A stretch of 64,000 nt of DNA from Anolis carolinensis (GCF_035594765.1 NC_085846.1:5939190-6003189), one strand, 5' to 3'. Positions 21,818-34,009 are shown, counted from the stretch's first letter. Numbers and translations are program-made. Notes: a model not told the origin generated them from the sequence alone.

Positions 21818-23144
21818 TGTTGCACTAGAGCCCTGAAACACCTTCTCACCACAAACCACACTGGATCCTAGTAATCCAGTAAGTGAACATTTATTAAGAA
21901 AAGAATCTATATACTAAGCAAATCCACAATCAAAGTTCAAACAGTTATTTCCAAACTAGCCAGAATTTCAAAATCTTTTCTCAAGGATCAGTCCCCAAAC
22001 ATATCCATAAACGTGATAGCACGAATCCGAGGCAGGCAACCTATGCCACACATGAAACTGGAACCAGGAACAAACTTAAAAACTTGAATACATGAATAAA
22101 CAAACATAGGACCAAGAACCAAGAGCTGTTCACCTGAATGCAATGTTGCTCTTGTTGTGGTAATCTCTGAGCGGTTAGACTCAATTTAACGCTCTCTGGG
22201 GGAGATTCCACCAAAAATCAGCAGAGTAGCAAAAGCAAAGCTTTTAAATGCAGCAGTTACTTACACGGGGGTGAGCAAGAGAAGCCTTTGACCATTTAGG
22301 GTTGCAATGGACTGCAGAGTCTCAGTAAAAGTTCAAAAAAATATTTATTCAGGTAAAAAGAACTCCATTGTAGATAGAAAGGCTTGGGAGCTGTCTAGTC
22401 TACTCTAGACTGGTTTCTAAGGAAAAAGAAGAAAGAAAAAATAACAAACATCTACATAGTTACATCTTGCCAGGAGAGACAGCAAGATGCTTCTTGTTAG
22501 CTAGAAGAACAAAGGGAGAAGAGGCTTAGAGAGGGGCGACTGACCACATGGTCGTGCCTTTTATTGGGGCAATAAACATTCCAATGGATAGGAAGTTAGT
22601 ATCCCTAAAGAGTCACATTTCTACTAACTTCAACGTAAGGGATGTGACGTAAACAGGATAGAGTGAAACACAGTAAAGCCTTTCTAGGCATGCTTTGGAA
22701 ACATGGAAAGGATTCCCTCAATCTAACTCTATCATCTATCTAACTACATTTAGACTTGAGTAGTCCAGGGTGATTCCCAACAGCTCTCACAAAGGATTGT
22801 ACCAACAGAAACCCACTTAAAAGGCTCAAGCCCTCCCACGACATCATTCCTTACACACTTGCTTTTCCTCTCCTTATCTCTAAGCCTCTGAGAAAAGCGA
22901 GACTGTCTCTTGTATACTCTGTCTCTGAAGTTCCAAGCGCCTGGACTAGGACAAACATTCATCTCCCTCATTTTTTCTTAGCCTGCATTTTTGGCAGATT
23001 CTCATGAGAACTGATATCTCTTTCTCCAGTCTCATAGGAACTGCCAGGAGATTCCAAAACAACTGTCTCTAGGGCACTTCTGAATCTTTTCCAGCATCCC
23101 CTTCCTCAGCTTCTGAGCACTCCGAACCTGACCAGACTACAACA
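21818..23144 (-). mobile_element. solo LTR hosting a second solo LTR
   Basis: TGTTG...CAACA ends; 5-bp TSD CATTC. Confidence 0.85.
22153..22782 (-). mobile_element. nested solo LTR
   Basis: TGTTG...CAACA ends; 5-bp TSD GCTCT. Confidence 0.85.
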
Positions 23145-23671
23145 CATTCTTCCCCCAGAAGAGATAATAATATCCCCTTAAATCTGGATATGTAGAAAGT
23201 ACTATACCTAAGCTTTCAGTTTTCACTCTCAGTGTTAAGACGTAAATCCATTGAAGATGTTGGATAAAGTCATAATACTTGTATGATATCAAAGCAGAAA
23301 GAGGATTGGTAGCTCTGTCGCTTTGCTTTCACCAGTCATAATTTGTCCAGGCAGAAAAGTCTTGCAATCCTGAGCTAAATCACAGGTTTGAGAGTAAGAA
23401 CCTACAAAGTATTGTTCAGATCGTGAGGGTTTTAAGGTAATCTTTTGATCAATATTGAAATAATGGTGCATATTGCAATTTTAAGGCGACCTCTTGACTT
23501 AGACTGAAATAACGGAGAACTGGCAGAAATAGACAAGCTGTCCTGTTTGATAAAAGAGAAATCAACTTCTTCAAATAATAGGAGCCATTTGTGTCATTTA
23601 AAAATGTAAAAATGCTTGCAGGTTTTAAAGGTTAAGTAAAATATTGAGACAGCAAAGTAGAACAAAGAAGT

Positions 23672-24520
23672 TGGGTTGCTATGAGTTTTCTGGGCTGTAT
23701 GGCCACGTTCCAGAAGCATTCTCTCTTGACGTTTTGCCCACATCTACAGCAGGCATCCTTAGAGGTTGTGAGGTTTGTGGGAAACTGGGAAAGTGGGGTT
23801 TATACATCTGTGGAAGTTCCAGGGTGAGAGAAAGAACTCTTGTCTGTTGGAGGCAAGTGTGAATGTTACAACTGGTCACCTTGATTAGCACTGAATTGCC
23901 TTACAGCTTCAAGGCCTGGCTGCTTCCCACCTGGGGGAATTCTTTGTTGGGCGGTATTCGCTGCCCCTGATTGTTTCTTGTCTGAAATTCCCGTTTTCTG
24001 AGTGTTGTTCATTTACTGTCCTGATTTTAGAGTTTTTAAAATACTGGTGGCCAGATTTTGTTCATTTCCATGGTTTCCTCCTTTCTGTTGAAATTGTCCA
24101 CATGCTTGTTGTGGATTTCAATGGCTTCTCTGTGTAGACTGACATGATGGTTGTGAGAGTGGTCCAGCATTTCTGTGTTCTCTAATCATATGCTGTGTCC
24201 AGAATGGTTCATCAAGTGCTCTGCCATGGCTGACTTCTCTGGTTGAGTGAGTCTGCAGGGCCTTTCCTGTTCCTTGATTCGTGCCTGGGCAATGCTGCAA
24301 TTTCTGTCTGTTCTGTCCTGTCTGTCCAAATGGCACTGAATGTTTGCCATGTATGTGTAGTGTGATCCGCCCTGAGTCCCCTTGGGAGATAGGGCGGCAT
24401 ATAAATAAAGTGTGTTACCCCACACCTCTGAGGATGCCTGCCACAGATGTGGGCAAAACGTCAGGAGAGAAAGCTTCTGAAACATGGCCATACAGCCCGA
24501 AAGATTCACAGCAACCCATA
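23672..24520. mobile_element. inverted Penelope insertion (minus-strand body plus plus-strand pseudo-LTR)
   Basis: Minus-strand GIY-YIG remnant RIKEQER.CRLTQPEKSAMAEHL; both ends terminate in the CAGCAACCC pseudo-LTR end. Confidence 0.82.
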
Positions 24521-24532
24521 AATAAAGTGTTA

Positions 24533-24533
<1 letters not shown>

Positions 24534-24580
<47 letters not shown>
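24534..24580 (+). repeat. (TTA)n microsatellite
   Basis: Perfect trinucleotide run. Confidence 0.95.
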
Positions 24581-24582
<2 letters not shown>

Positions 24583-24595
24583 TGCTGAAATAAAT

Positions 24596-25320
24596 TACTT
24601 GTATTTCTTTGATTCTTAAGATGCACTTTCACCCCATATAGACATATTTTAAAAACAAGGTGCATCTTAGGCCCCTTCTACACTGCCATATAAAATCCAG
24701 ATTATCTGCTTTGAACTGGATTATATGGCAGCGTAGACTCACATAATCCAGTTCAAATCCAAATCATGTGGATTATCTACTTTGATAATCTGGATTACAG
24801 TAGTCTCACTTATCCAACACTCGCTTATCCAACGTTCTGGATTATCCAACACATTTTTGTAGTCAATGTTTTCAATATATCGTGATATTTTGGTGCTAAA
24901 TTCATAAATACAGTAATTACTACATAGCATTACTGCATATTGAACTACTTTTTCTGCCAAATTTGTTGTCTAACATGATGTTTTGGTGCTTCATTTGTAA
25001 AATCATAACCTAATTTGATGTTTAATAGGCTTTTCCTTAATGCCTCCTTATTATCCAACATATTCACTTATCCAACATTCTGCGGGCCCGTTTATGTTGG
25101 ATAAGTGAGACTCTACTGTACTTGTATTTCTTCGATTCTTAAGATGCACCTTCACCCCATATAGACATATTTTAAAAACAAGGTGCATCTTAGGCCCCTT
25201 CTACACTGCCATATAAAATCCAGATTATCTGCTTTGCACTGGATTATATGGCAGCGTAGACTCATATAATCCAGTTCAATTCCAAATAATGTGGATTATT
25301 CACTTTGATAATCTGGATTA
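24596..25320 (+). repeat. 202-bp direct duplication (24596-24797 and 25119-25320) flanking a Tc1-type MITE
   Basis: Both copies start and end with TA; about 8 mismatches by eye. Confidence 0.9.
24798..25118. mobile_element. Tc1/mariner (pogo-type) MITE
   Basis: Same family as 931-1252; TA on both sides. Confidence 0.9.
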
Positions 25321-25341
25321 TATGGCATTGTAGATGGGGCC
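25193..25341. mobile_element. PIF/Harbinger-like MITE
   Basis: TIRs GGCCCC.TCTACA.TGCCATATAA; TTA TSD. Confidence 0.75.
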
Positions 25342-26539
25342 TTAGAACTGAGGATGCAGATTTATTTCTATAGGTGGTACTGAAAATAGTGTGCATTTTA
25401 CAATCAATGGCATCTTGGTGGGTAATAAACCTATAGAATAATAATAATAATAAAAGATTGAAATAGTGGCTTATGCTGTAACCCTGACAGTATGGTGAAG
25501 CTGAGAGCGAAAGGCAGCCATTGCAGCTGCCTGGAGGTCTTGCAAAAACTGGCTACATTCAGATGCTTCTGGGTGAAAGGACGCAAGCCTTGCCAGCAGA
25601 TATATAACCTCCTCCCTCACTTCTCATTCTTCCCCGCATCCTGCTTGTCTGGAAGAAGAAATCCATTTGGATCCTCATTATTAGCAACACCCATGGCTTC
25701 CAGGTAGCATAACATCCTCCGCCGGCTGCCAGGAAGGTAGATTAGCTGGCTGTTGTGCACAGCCTTATCGGCCCAGGAGCCCTCGGTGGGCCCGGATTAT
25801 CAGCGGGTTCCCAGCGAGCCCTGTTATTAAGTCCCTGTCTTCTGGTTGCCACCACCAGCGGTTTAGGCAGCGGAGGGGCTTTGATGGACGTGAGTTGGCG
25901 ACAAAAGGGACCCCGAGAGAGGCGGAGGAGGCTGAGGTTCGTCAAGGAGGAGAAGTGGCAATTAAAAGCAGGGAAAAGGACAGGCTGCCTCCAGGGATGG
26001 GATCGGCAGTGTTTTTCTCAGGCGGGTTGCCATCCGTGGCATGGCACCCGGCAGAGAGGACTAACCTCTGGAGGAAGCCGGGAAGCGCAGCAGACTGTGC
26101 TGTACTCACACCACGGGTTGTTAAGTTTCATGCTTTCCCCCCCTCTTTCTTTCCAAAAGAGTCAACTTTAAGGGATACTTTTGGGGTGGGGAAAGGCTTA
26201 CGGGAGAAAGAAATCAGTTTATGATGGTCTCGTGGTCTCTTCCAACTCTAGGGTTCTGATTTTGCATTCAGTCATTGCTGATTCCTGTGTTGTCGTCGAG
26301 GCAGTGAATCTACTACAGGCGGTAATGAGAATTATACAGGGCCTATCCAAGGTGCTGAAGATATTTTGGGGATAGGGTTTGCATCTTGGATACTGCCATT
26401 AAAGTTTGACTGGAAAGTAAAGACTTTTCTGTATATATTTCAGATTTCAATATTAATGTCCAAGATACGTAGTATGATTTTACATATGATTTGTACTACT
26501 GTAAAACAGTAAGGACAAATATCACATAAGTAAGGAAAA

Positions 26540-26877
26540 AGGTAAAGGTAAAAGTTTTCCCCTGGATATTAAGTCCAGTTGTGTCCGACTCTGGGGGTTG
26601 GTGCTCATCTCCATTTCTAAGGCGAAGAGCCGGCGTTGTCCGTAGACACCTCCAAGGTCATGTGGCCACAGGCATGACTGCATGGAGTGCCGTTACCTTC
26701 CCACCGGAGCGGTATCTATCGATCTACTCACACTTGCATGTTTTCGAAGTGCTAGGTTGGCAGAAGCTGGGGCTCACAGCGGCAGCTCACCCCGCTCCCC
26801 GAATTCGAACCACTAAACTTTCAGTCAGCAAGTTCAGCAGCTCAGTGGTTTAATCCGCTGCGCCACCGGGGGCTCCC
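26540..26877 (-). mobile_element. Sauria SINE, full length
   Basis: Reverse complement of the 1831 family; TSD ACATAAGTAA. Confidence 0.9.
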
Positions 26878-29848
26878 AACACATAAGTAAAATAAACATT
26901 AAATATTAAATAACAAAAAAGATGTAAACATTAAACTAATCTGGGAATCTGCTATTACAACACACCCAATGAAGTAGTTTAAAACCAGTATATATATAAA
27001 AGATTAGGACTGAATATGTTCCAGTTGGGCCAGGCTTTAGGACAGGGCCGGGCTTTAGCATAGCAAGTTAATCACCAAAGTGCAATATTGTCAACCAGAA
27101 GGTAGATAGTTCGAAGCCCAGGTCTGGGTGAGCTCCTGAGCTTTAGCTCAGCTTCTGCCAACCTAACAATTTGAAAACAAATTTTGAGTTGATAAGTAGG
27201 AACTGCATGAAAAAAGGAGGGAGGTATTTATTTATGCTCGATTTTTCAATCAGAAAAAGGAGGAAGTTTACAAGCAAAGAAAGCTCTTTGACAGGGAGAT
27301 GGAGCGACAGCAGCCCCGATGGCTGGAACCAAGCATAGCCTCCAAAGATGCCGAAAGATGGGAAAGCCTATATACTTCTATCTGTTGTCTGTCTTCTCAT
27401 TGTTATAATCAGCATTGAACATTTGCCATATATGTGTTCTGTGATCTGCCTTGAGGTCCCTTTGGGGTGAGAAGGGCGGAATATAAATGCTGCAACTAAA
27501 TAAAGTTTAGTCTAAAACAGGCATGCACAAACTTTGGTCCTCCCCCAGGTGTTTTGGAGTTCAACTCCAATAATTCCTAACAGCCGGAAGTCCAAATCAC
27601 CTGGAAGAGGGCCAAGGTTTGCTCATGCCTGGGCTAAAGTATGCTAGTCTCTTTTTAATGCATATGAGGGTCTTATTGTACTGTATTATAAATGTATGAA
27701 TGCAGAACCCAGTACATAGGCAATCCTAGATTTCAGAACAATGTACATAGTCAATCCTTACTGGTTTGCCAGACAATGAATAAGAAACAGCCCTATCTGA
27801 GGTTTGTTTTGCTCTGCAGACTTGCTGCCAGAAAATTAAAATTGTTTTCTATTCCCTCTACTCTGGACTTTACAAAAAGCTTAGATGCATAGAAAGCTGT
27901 GTCCTGTCTCTTTCCTTCATCGCAGACAAGCTCTGGGTTCTGTTCCGACCCACTAAATTCTGTGTGATTGGTAGGAATATTATTTCAAAAGCTGGCAACC
28001 CAAATCTCTCCTAGCCCAAGTTGTAAATGGTCGCTCCCCGGCTTCTTTGTGTTAGCCGTTCTTTCTCTCCTGCACACAGGCAGCTAGGTACAAAAAATGG
28101 CTCTGGCTCCTGGCTGCTGTGACTCAGTATATATTCCTAGGTGGTCTCCTACAAAGTGCAGTAATCCATTAGGGCTGATTGTCCTCCATCAGCGATCACG
28201 GCATACAAAGCCACTTGATGTGATGTACCAGCATGGTTCACATTAATAGCATAGAGCGGCAGAGGGAAGGTGGCCACGGATACAATACGTTTCTAATAAG
28301 ATCTGCTCAGCTATAGCACCTGATGCATGGAGCTTACCTCCTAGGGAGCAGCAGCCTCCTTTATCAGCCTTTGCCCGTATAGTTTATCGAGAGGGTTTTT
28401 TCCTTTGTTTGGTGTGTGTAAGTAGTTGTAGACAAAAATCATTGTTGCTTTAATCACCCAGGATCTTCGGGTGCATTATGAGGTTGTGGCAAAATTAGCC
28501 AATTTCACACAGCACTTAGTTTTGTTCTGCTGACACTTGTGAGCAAAGTTAAGCAGTTGTCAAAGCCGAGCTTAAGCCACCCTGACTAACCGAAACTGCA
28601 CCCGCTGAGGCCCCTAGTCATGCCTTCTGTTATTGTTCCCCGTACAAATGGGCTACTCTTATCATCCTTCCTTGGATTGTGAAGCTCTTAAAATAAGCTA
28701 TGCGCTGGTTGAGGAAATCTGCCACTTAGTGAGTGAAGATGGTAGTGCATACTTCAATCACATATTTTATTTTAAATATTTTACAAAATAGAAACAAAAA
28801 AATACGTAGAATGAGATTGTGGCCTGTATAAATATGCGGACCATGATTAGGAGTCAATTGGACTAGTCCTAGGAGCAAGATGAGTAAGTTTTCTCACAAA
28901 CATAACAAGAAATGTATTCATCTCTGTGCAATAACCAATAAATCATATATTTCAAAATATATAAATGAAAGACTTTCATTTTTAAAATTAGATTATATAA
29001 GTAGAGTATAACATTGCACTTTCATATTACAGAAAAGCAAGTAAAAAGACAAAGAAAAAATTTCCATATATTTACTTATACCATTCTGATGTGACATGTA
29101 TTCTTAGCCTTTCCATGTCTATAATTCTCTATTTATATCTATCTGTCCCGCCCCTCTTTCCGCCTTTCTTGTGCAGCTTCTATCACAGACATGGGCAAAC
29201 TTCTGCCTTCCAAGTGTTTTGGTCTTCAACTCCCACAATTATATATCTTATGAGGAGTTGATTGAACCTTTGTTTTTTGTTTTTTTTAGTAAATTACTGG
29301 GCCCTTCCGCAAAGCCATATAACACAGACTATCAAGGCAGATAATCCTCAATATTTGCTTTGAACTGGATTGTCTGAGTCCACACTGCCATATAATTAAT
29401 GTGGATTTTATACAGCTGTGTGGAAGAGGCCACTATGTCACATAATGATGCATGTATTAAAATGGTGTGACACTGTTTTAAGTGCATAATGAATTCTCCA
29501 GTGGGCCACAGCTGTAACTGGAATGATTTATATCGTTGATTTTTTTTATTAGTAACAACAAACAAACTTGTCCCTAAGATATTTGTTCATGCATGGCTGG
29601 AGAATGAACGATGTGACAGAGGGATGGAAAATATTTCATATTCTACTTTTGAAATATATGAGTTTTGCAAGAAAACGGGAAAGGCGGGCCATTATTTCTA
29701 CCTGTTAATTTGGCGCATGACACACCACTGAGCACAGTAATGATACAACTGCCTCCTCACTTTTATACGTTAAATAAAACAGTCTATTTCATGAGTTATT
29801 TTGAAGACCACGTGCTTAATATCAGATTTCTGTAACATTCTGGTTCTT

Positions 29849-30062
29849 GGGTTGCTGAGTTTTCTGGGCTGCATGGCCATGTTCCAGAAGCATTTTCTCC
29901 TGACGTTTCACCCACATCTATGGCAGGCATCCTCACAACCTCTGAGAATGCCTGCCATAAATGTGGGCGAAACGTTAGGAGAGAATGCTTCTGGAACATA
30001 GCCATACAGCCCGGTAAACTCACAGCGACCCAGTGATTCCAGCCATGAAAGCCTTCGACAAC
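29849..30062. mobile_element. inverted mini-Penelope (two pseudo-LTR ends back to back)
   Basis: ~85-bp inverted arms; 14-bp TSD ACATT(C/T)TGGTTCTT. Confidence 0.85.
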
Positions 30063-30654
30063 ACATTTTGGTTCTTGCTTAGCAAGCAAGTATCAAAACC
30101 TTAAACCTGGTTCCGTTGCATGCATGTGCATGCTCTATTATCCTCAATATATATGTAATATTTTAGCTTATTTTTTAATTTACCATCCATTTTTTGTTTC
30201 AATTTCCAGCTTTTGGCAGAACTCTTATTTTACCCAAGAGGCTTCCTCCTCACCAGAAACTAAAAGAATCAGAGCTAATCCAGGATCCATTGGCATTTCC
30301 TGATTTGGACAATGGGCTTCCCCAAGACTCCGCCCCCAACAGCTGATTGGCCCTCCCCGGGGTCAGACTCTCTGTCTCCTCCCCTCTACCAGGGAATTCC
30401 CACCTGGAGGCGGTGACATCATCACAGTCAGCCAATCAAAGCGCTGCTCCATGCCAGCCCCTCTGCCGGCCAATCAGGGAACAGAGTGGGCAGAGCGGGA
30501 AATTTGAATGGTTGCCAATTGTATAAAACCTCATGTGTCTGTATTTCCACAGCCTAACATTTTGCTCACCTCAGATCCAAATATTTCAATTTAATCCACT
30601 GCTGGCTAGCGATGTAAAACATTTCTTGGTTTCATTATTTTCTCCAAGCTTCCC

Positions 30655-31170
30655 TGTCTTCTAATAATTTGGCCAAAGGACTTCATCTTTTCCACTAATA
30701 TCCTTCTCTCCGGTGAGCAGACGGGTATTATTTCCTGGAGTGTGGACTGGTTGGATCTTCTTGTGGTCCAAGGCACTCCCAGCATCTTCCTCCAATACCA
30801 CAGTTCAAAAGTGTCTATCTTCCTTCACTCAGCCTTCCTTATGGTCTAGTTCTCACATCCATAGGTTACTATGGGGAATACTTTTCACTATTTTATCGAG
30901 GTTGGCCATTGCTCTCCTCCCAAGAAGGAGACGTCTTCTGATTTCCTAGCTGCAATCTGCATCTGCAGTGATCTTCGCGCCTAGAAATACAAAGTCTGTC
31001 ACTGCCGCCAATGACAGTTTCTCCCTCTGTTGGCTAGTTATCAATCACTCTGGTTTCCATCATCTTGGGGTTTTTTTATGTTTTGCACTTCTTTCACCTT
31101 GGTTAGAAGGCTCCTCTACTCCTCCTCACTTTCAGCCATCAGAGTGATATCATCTGCATATCTAAGATTG
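30655..31170 (-). mobile_element. Bov-B/RTE LINE fragment
   Basis: The minus strand encodes NNLRYADDITLMAESEEE, the RTE/Bov-B RT core. Confidence 0.85.
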
Positions 31171-31177
31171 TTAGTGT

Positions 31178-32810
31178 TGGGTTGCTGTGAGTTTTCCAGG
31201 CTGTCTGGCCGTGTTGTGAGATTTGTTGGAAACTAGACAAGTGTGGTTTATATATCCATGGAATAATGTCCAGGGTGGGAGAAAGAACTCTTGTCTGTTG
31301 GAGACAAGTGTGAATGTTGCAATCGGCTACCTTGATTAGCACTGAATGGCCTTTCAGCTTCAAAGCCTGGCTGCCTTTTGCCTGGGGGAATCCTTTGTTG
31401 GGAGATGTTGGCTGCCCCTGATTGTTTCCTGTCTGGAATTCCCCTATCTTCTGAGTGTTGCTCTTTATTTACTGTTCTGATATTAGAGTTTTTTAAATGC
31501 TGGTAGCCAGATTTTGTTCATTTTCATGGTTTCCTCCTTTCTTTTGAACTTGTCCACATGCTTATGGATTTCAGTGGCTTCTCTGTGTCGTCTGACATGG
31601 TGGTTGCGAGAGTGGTCCAGCATTTCTGTGTTCTCAAGTAATATTCTATGTCCAGGTTGGTTCATCACATGTTCTGCTATGGCTGACTTCTTTGGTTGAG
31701 TTAGTCTGCGGAGCCTTTCATGTTCTTGGATTTGTGTTTGGGCAATGCTGCTGCGTTTGGTGGTCCCTCTGAAGACTTGTCCACAGCTTCATAGTATACA
31801 GTAGACTCCTGCAGAGGTGAGAAGAGGATCCCTCTTGTCCTCTGCTGAACGTAGCAAGGCCATTAAATGCTAATCTAGCCGGCCCCCAGGCAGGAAGCAG
31901 CCAGGCTTTGAAGCTGCAAGGCCATTCAATGCTAATCAAGGCGGCACCCAGGCAGGAGGCAGCCAGGCTTTGAGCTGGAAGGACATTCAATGCTAATCAA
32001 GGTGCACACCAGGCAGGAAGCAGCCAGGCTTTGAAGCTGCAAGGCCATTCAATACTAATTAAGGCGGGGCCCAGGAACAACAGCCAGGCTTTGAAGTTGC
32101 AAGGCCATTAAATGCTAATCAAGGCGACCCCCCAGGCAGGAAGCAGCCAAGTTTTGAAGCTGCAAGGCCATTCAATGCTAATTAAGGCGGGGCCCAGGAA
32201 GGAAACAGCCAGGTTTTGAAGTTGCAAAGCTATTCAGTGCTAATCAAGGTGGCCCATGGCAACATTCACATTTGCCTCAAGCAGAGAAGATTTCTATTTC
32301 CCACCCTGGAGATATTCTACAGATACAGTAGAGTTTCACTTATCCAAGACTCGCTTATCCAAGGTTCTGGATTATCCAAGCCATTTTTGTAGTTAATGTT
32401 TTCAATATATAGTGATATTTTGGTGCTAAATTCGTAAATACAGTAATTACAACATAACATTACTGCGTATTGAACTACTTTTTCTGTCAAATTTGTTGTA
32501 TAACATAATGTTTTGGTGCTTAATTTGTAAAATCATAACCTAATTTGATGTTTAACAGGCTTTTCCTTAATCCCTCCTTATTATCCAAAATATTCGCTTA
32601 TCCAAGGTTCTGCCGGCCCGTTTAGCTTGGATAACTCTACTGTATATAAAACCCCACTTGCCTAGTTTCCAACAGACCTCACAACCTCTGAGGATGCCTG
32701 CCATAGATGCAGGCAAAACGTCAGGAGAGAATGCTTCTGGAACATGGCCATCCAGCCCGGGAAATTCACAGCAACCCAGTGATTCCGGCCATGAAAGCCT
32801 TCCACAACAT
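31178..32810. mobile_element. inverted Penelope insertion with an internal ~62-bp tandem array and a MITE at 32326-32642
   Basis: Minus-strand GIY-YIG remnant (HRILLENTEMLDHS...EIHKH) followed by a plus-strand pseudo-LTR; possible TSD ATTGTTA. Confidence 0.85.
31853..32255 (+). repeat. tandem repeat, ~62-bp unit, ~6.5 copies, Penelope-derived
   Basis: Unit caggcaggaagcagccaggctttgaagctgcaaggccattcaatgctaatcaaggcgg. Confidence 0.9.
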
Positions 32811-32829
32811 ATTGTTAATGACAGGTGAA

Positions 32830-33150
32830 GCCCCCACTAAGCAGGCATGAAGAGTTTCGCGCGCTTTTCGTGGCCCCGCCCCGGAAACCGCTGTTTGTTT
32901 GTTTTTTCCCCTTTCGAGCTCTGACGCGTCACAACCCCTCCCTCCCTCTATCCTGTCAATCAGGAAGCACTAGGCCCGCCCTCTCAATAGCCTCGCTCAA
33001 TGACGCTATTCTTTGGGCTGTAACCACGCCCCCTCCGAATTCTCCGCCACCCCATTGGCTCTCCCCCGGCCCTCGCGCTCCTCCTTTAAAATTTTCCCGT
33101 TGACCCGTTGCCCCTGGCAACGTTGATGGGCGGAACGGAACAAGAGTTTG
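32830..33150 (+). promoter_or_regulatory. CpG-rich DNAH2 promoter with RFX X-box, MYB, FOX, GC, CCAAT and CRE-like motifs
   Basis: X-box GTTGCC-CCT-GGCAAC 33107-33121; CCGTTG (MYB) 33097-33102 and 33105-33110; TGTTTGTTTG (FOX-type) ~32892; TGACGCGTCA 32922-32931; ATTGG 33054-33058; several GC boxes. It lies ~2 kb upstream of the ATG-bearing exon. Confidence 0.75.
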
Positions 33151-33488
33151 AGGAGTTGTACTTGGGAGGGGGATCAAGTGCGGAGTTGGGAGAGGGGAAA
33201 GGTGTGTGTGGAAAAGGTGGAAAATATTTGGTCTTTTTTTTTGGGGGGGGGGGTGATGGGGAAATTATGGGATGGGGGAATGAAGCAGAAGGTGGAGGAG
33301 TGAGGGGAAATGGGGACGACGGTGGCTTGGAAGGGACAATTCAGAGCCAGTGTGAGAGTTTCAGCTGCGAATAGTGACCTCTTTGGATGACAGTTCCCAG
33401 AATCCCCTATCCAGCAGTGCAGTGATTTGGTTAGTCAGGTGATTCTGGGCTTTGTAGTCCAAAAAAACCACCTTCCCAAGGTTTAGGT

Positions 33489-33682
33489 CAGGCATGGGCC
33501 AACTTGGGCCCTCCAGGTGTTTTGGACTTCAACTCCCACCATTCCTAACAGCCTCAGGCCCTTTCCTTTTGCCCCTCAGCCGCTTAAGCGGCTGAGGGGC
33601 AAAAGGAAGGGGCCTGAGGCTGTTGGGAATGGTGGGAGTTGCAGTCCAAAACACCTGGAGGGCCCAAGTTGGCCCATGCCTG
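33489..33682. mobile_element. palindromic hAT-type MITE
   Basis: CAGGCATGGGCCAACTT...AAGTTGGCCCATGCCTG; nearly identical to 4752-4945. Confidence 0.88.
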
Positions 33683-34009
33683 CCCTAAAGGCTTCGTAAT
33701 TATCTAACACAGTCTGCCTTTTAGTAGTCAATGTTTTTGTAGTCAATGTTTTCAATACATTGCAATGTTTTGGTGCTAAATTCGTAAATACAGTAATTAC
33801 TACATAACGTTGCTGTGTATTGAACTGCTTTTTCTGTTTATTTGTTGTAAAACATGACGTTTTGGTGCTTAATTTGTAAAATCATAATGTAATTTGATGT
33901 TTAATAGGCTTTTCCTTAATCCCTCCTTATTATCCAACATTTTCGCTTATCCAGCGTTATGCTGGCCTGCATATGTTGGATAAGCAAGACTGTATTGTAA
34001 TATTATTAT

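Noticed and set aside
1-32800. EFNB3 exons expected from mammalian synteny
   Set aside because: No ephrin-like coding sequence was seen; the gene may lie left of the window.
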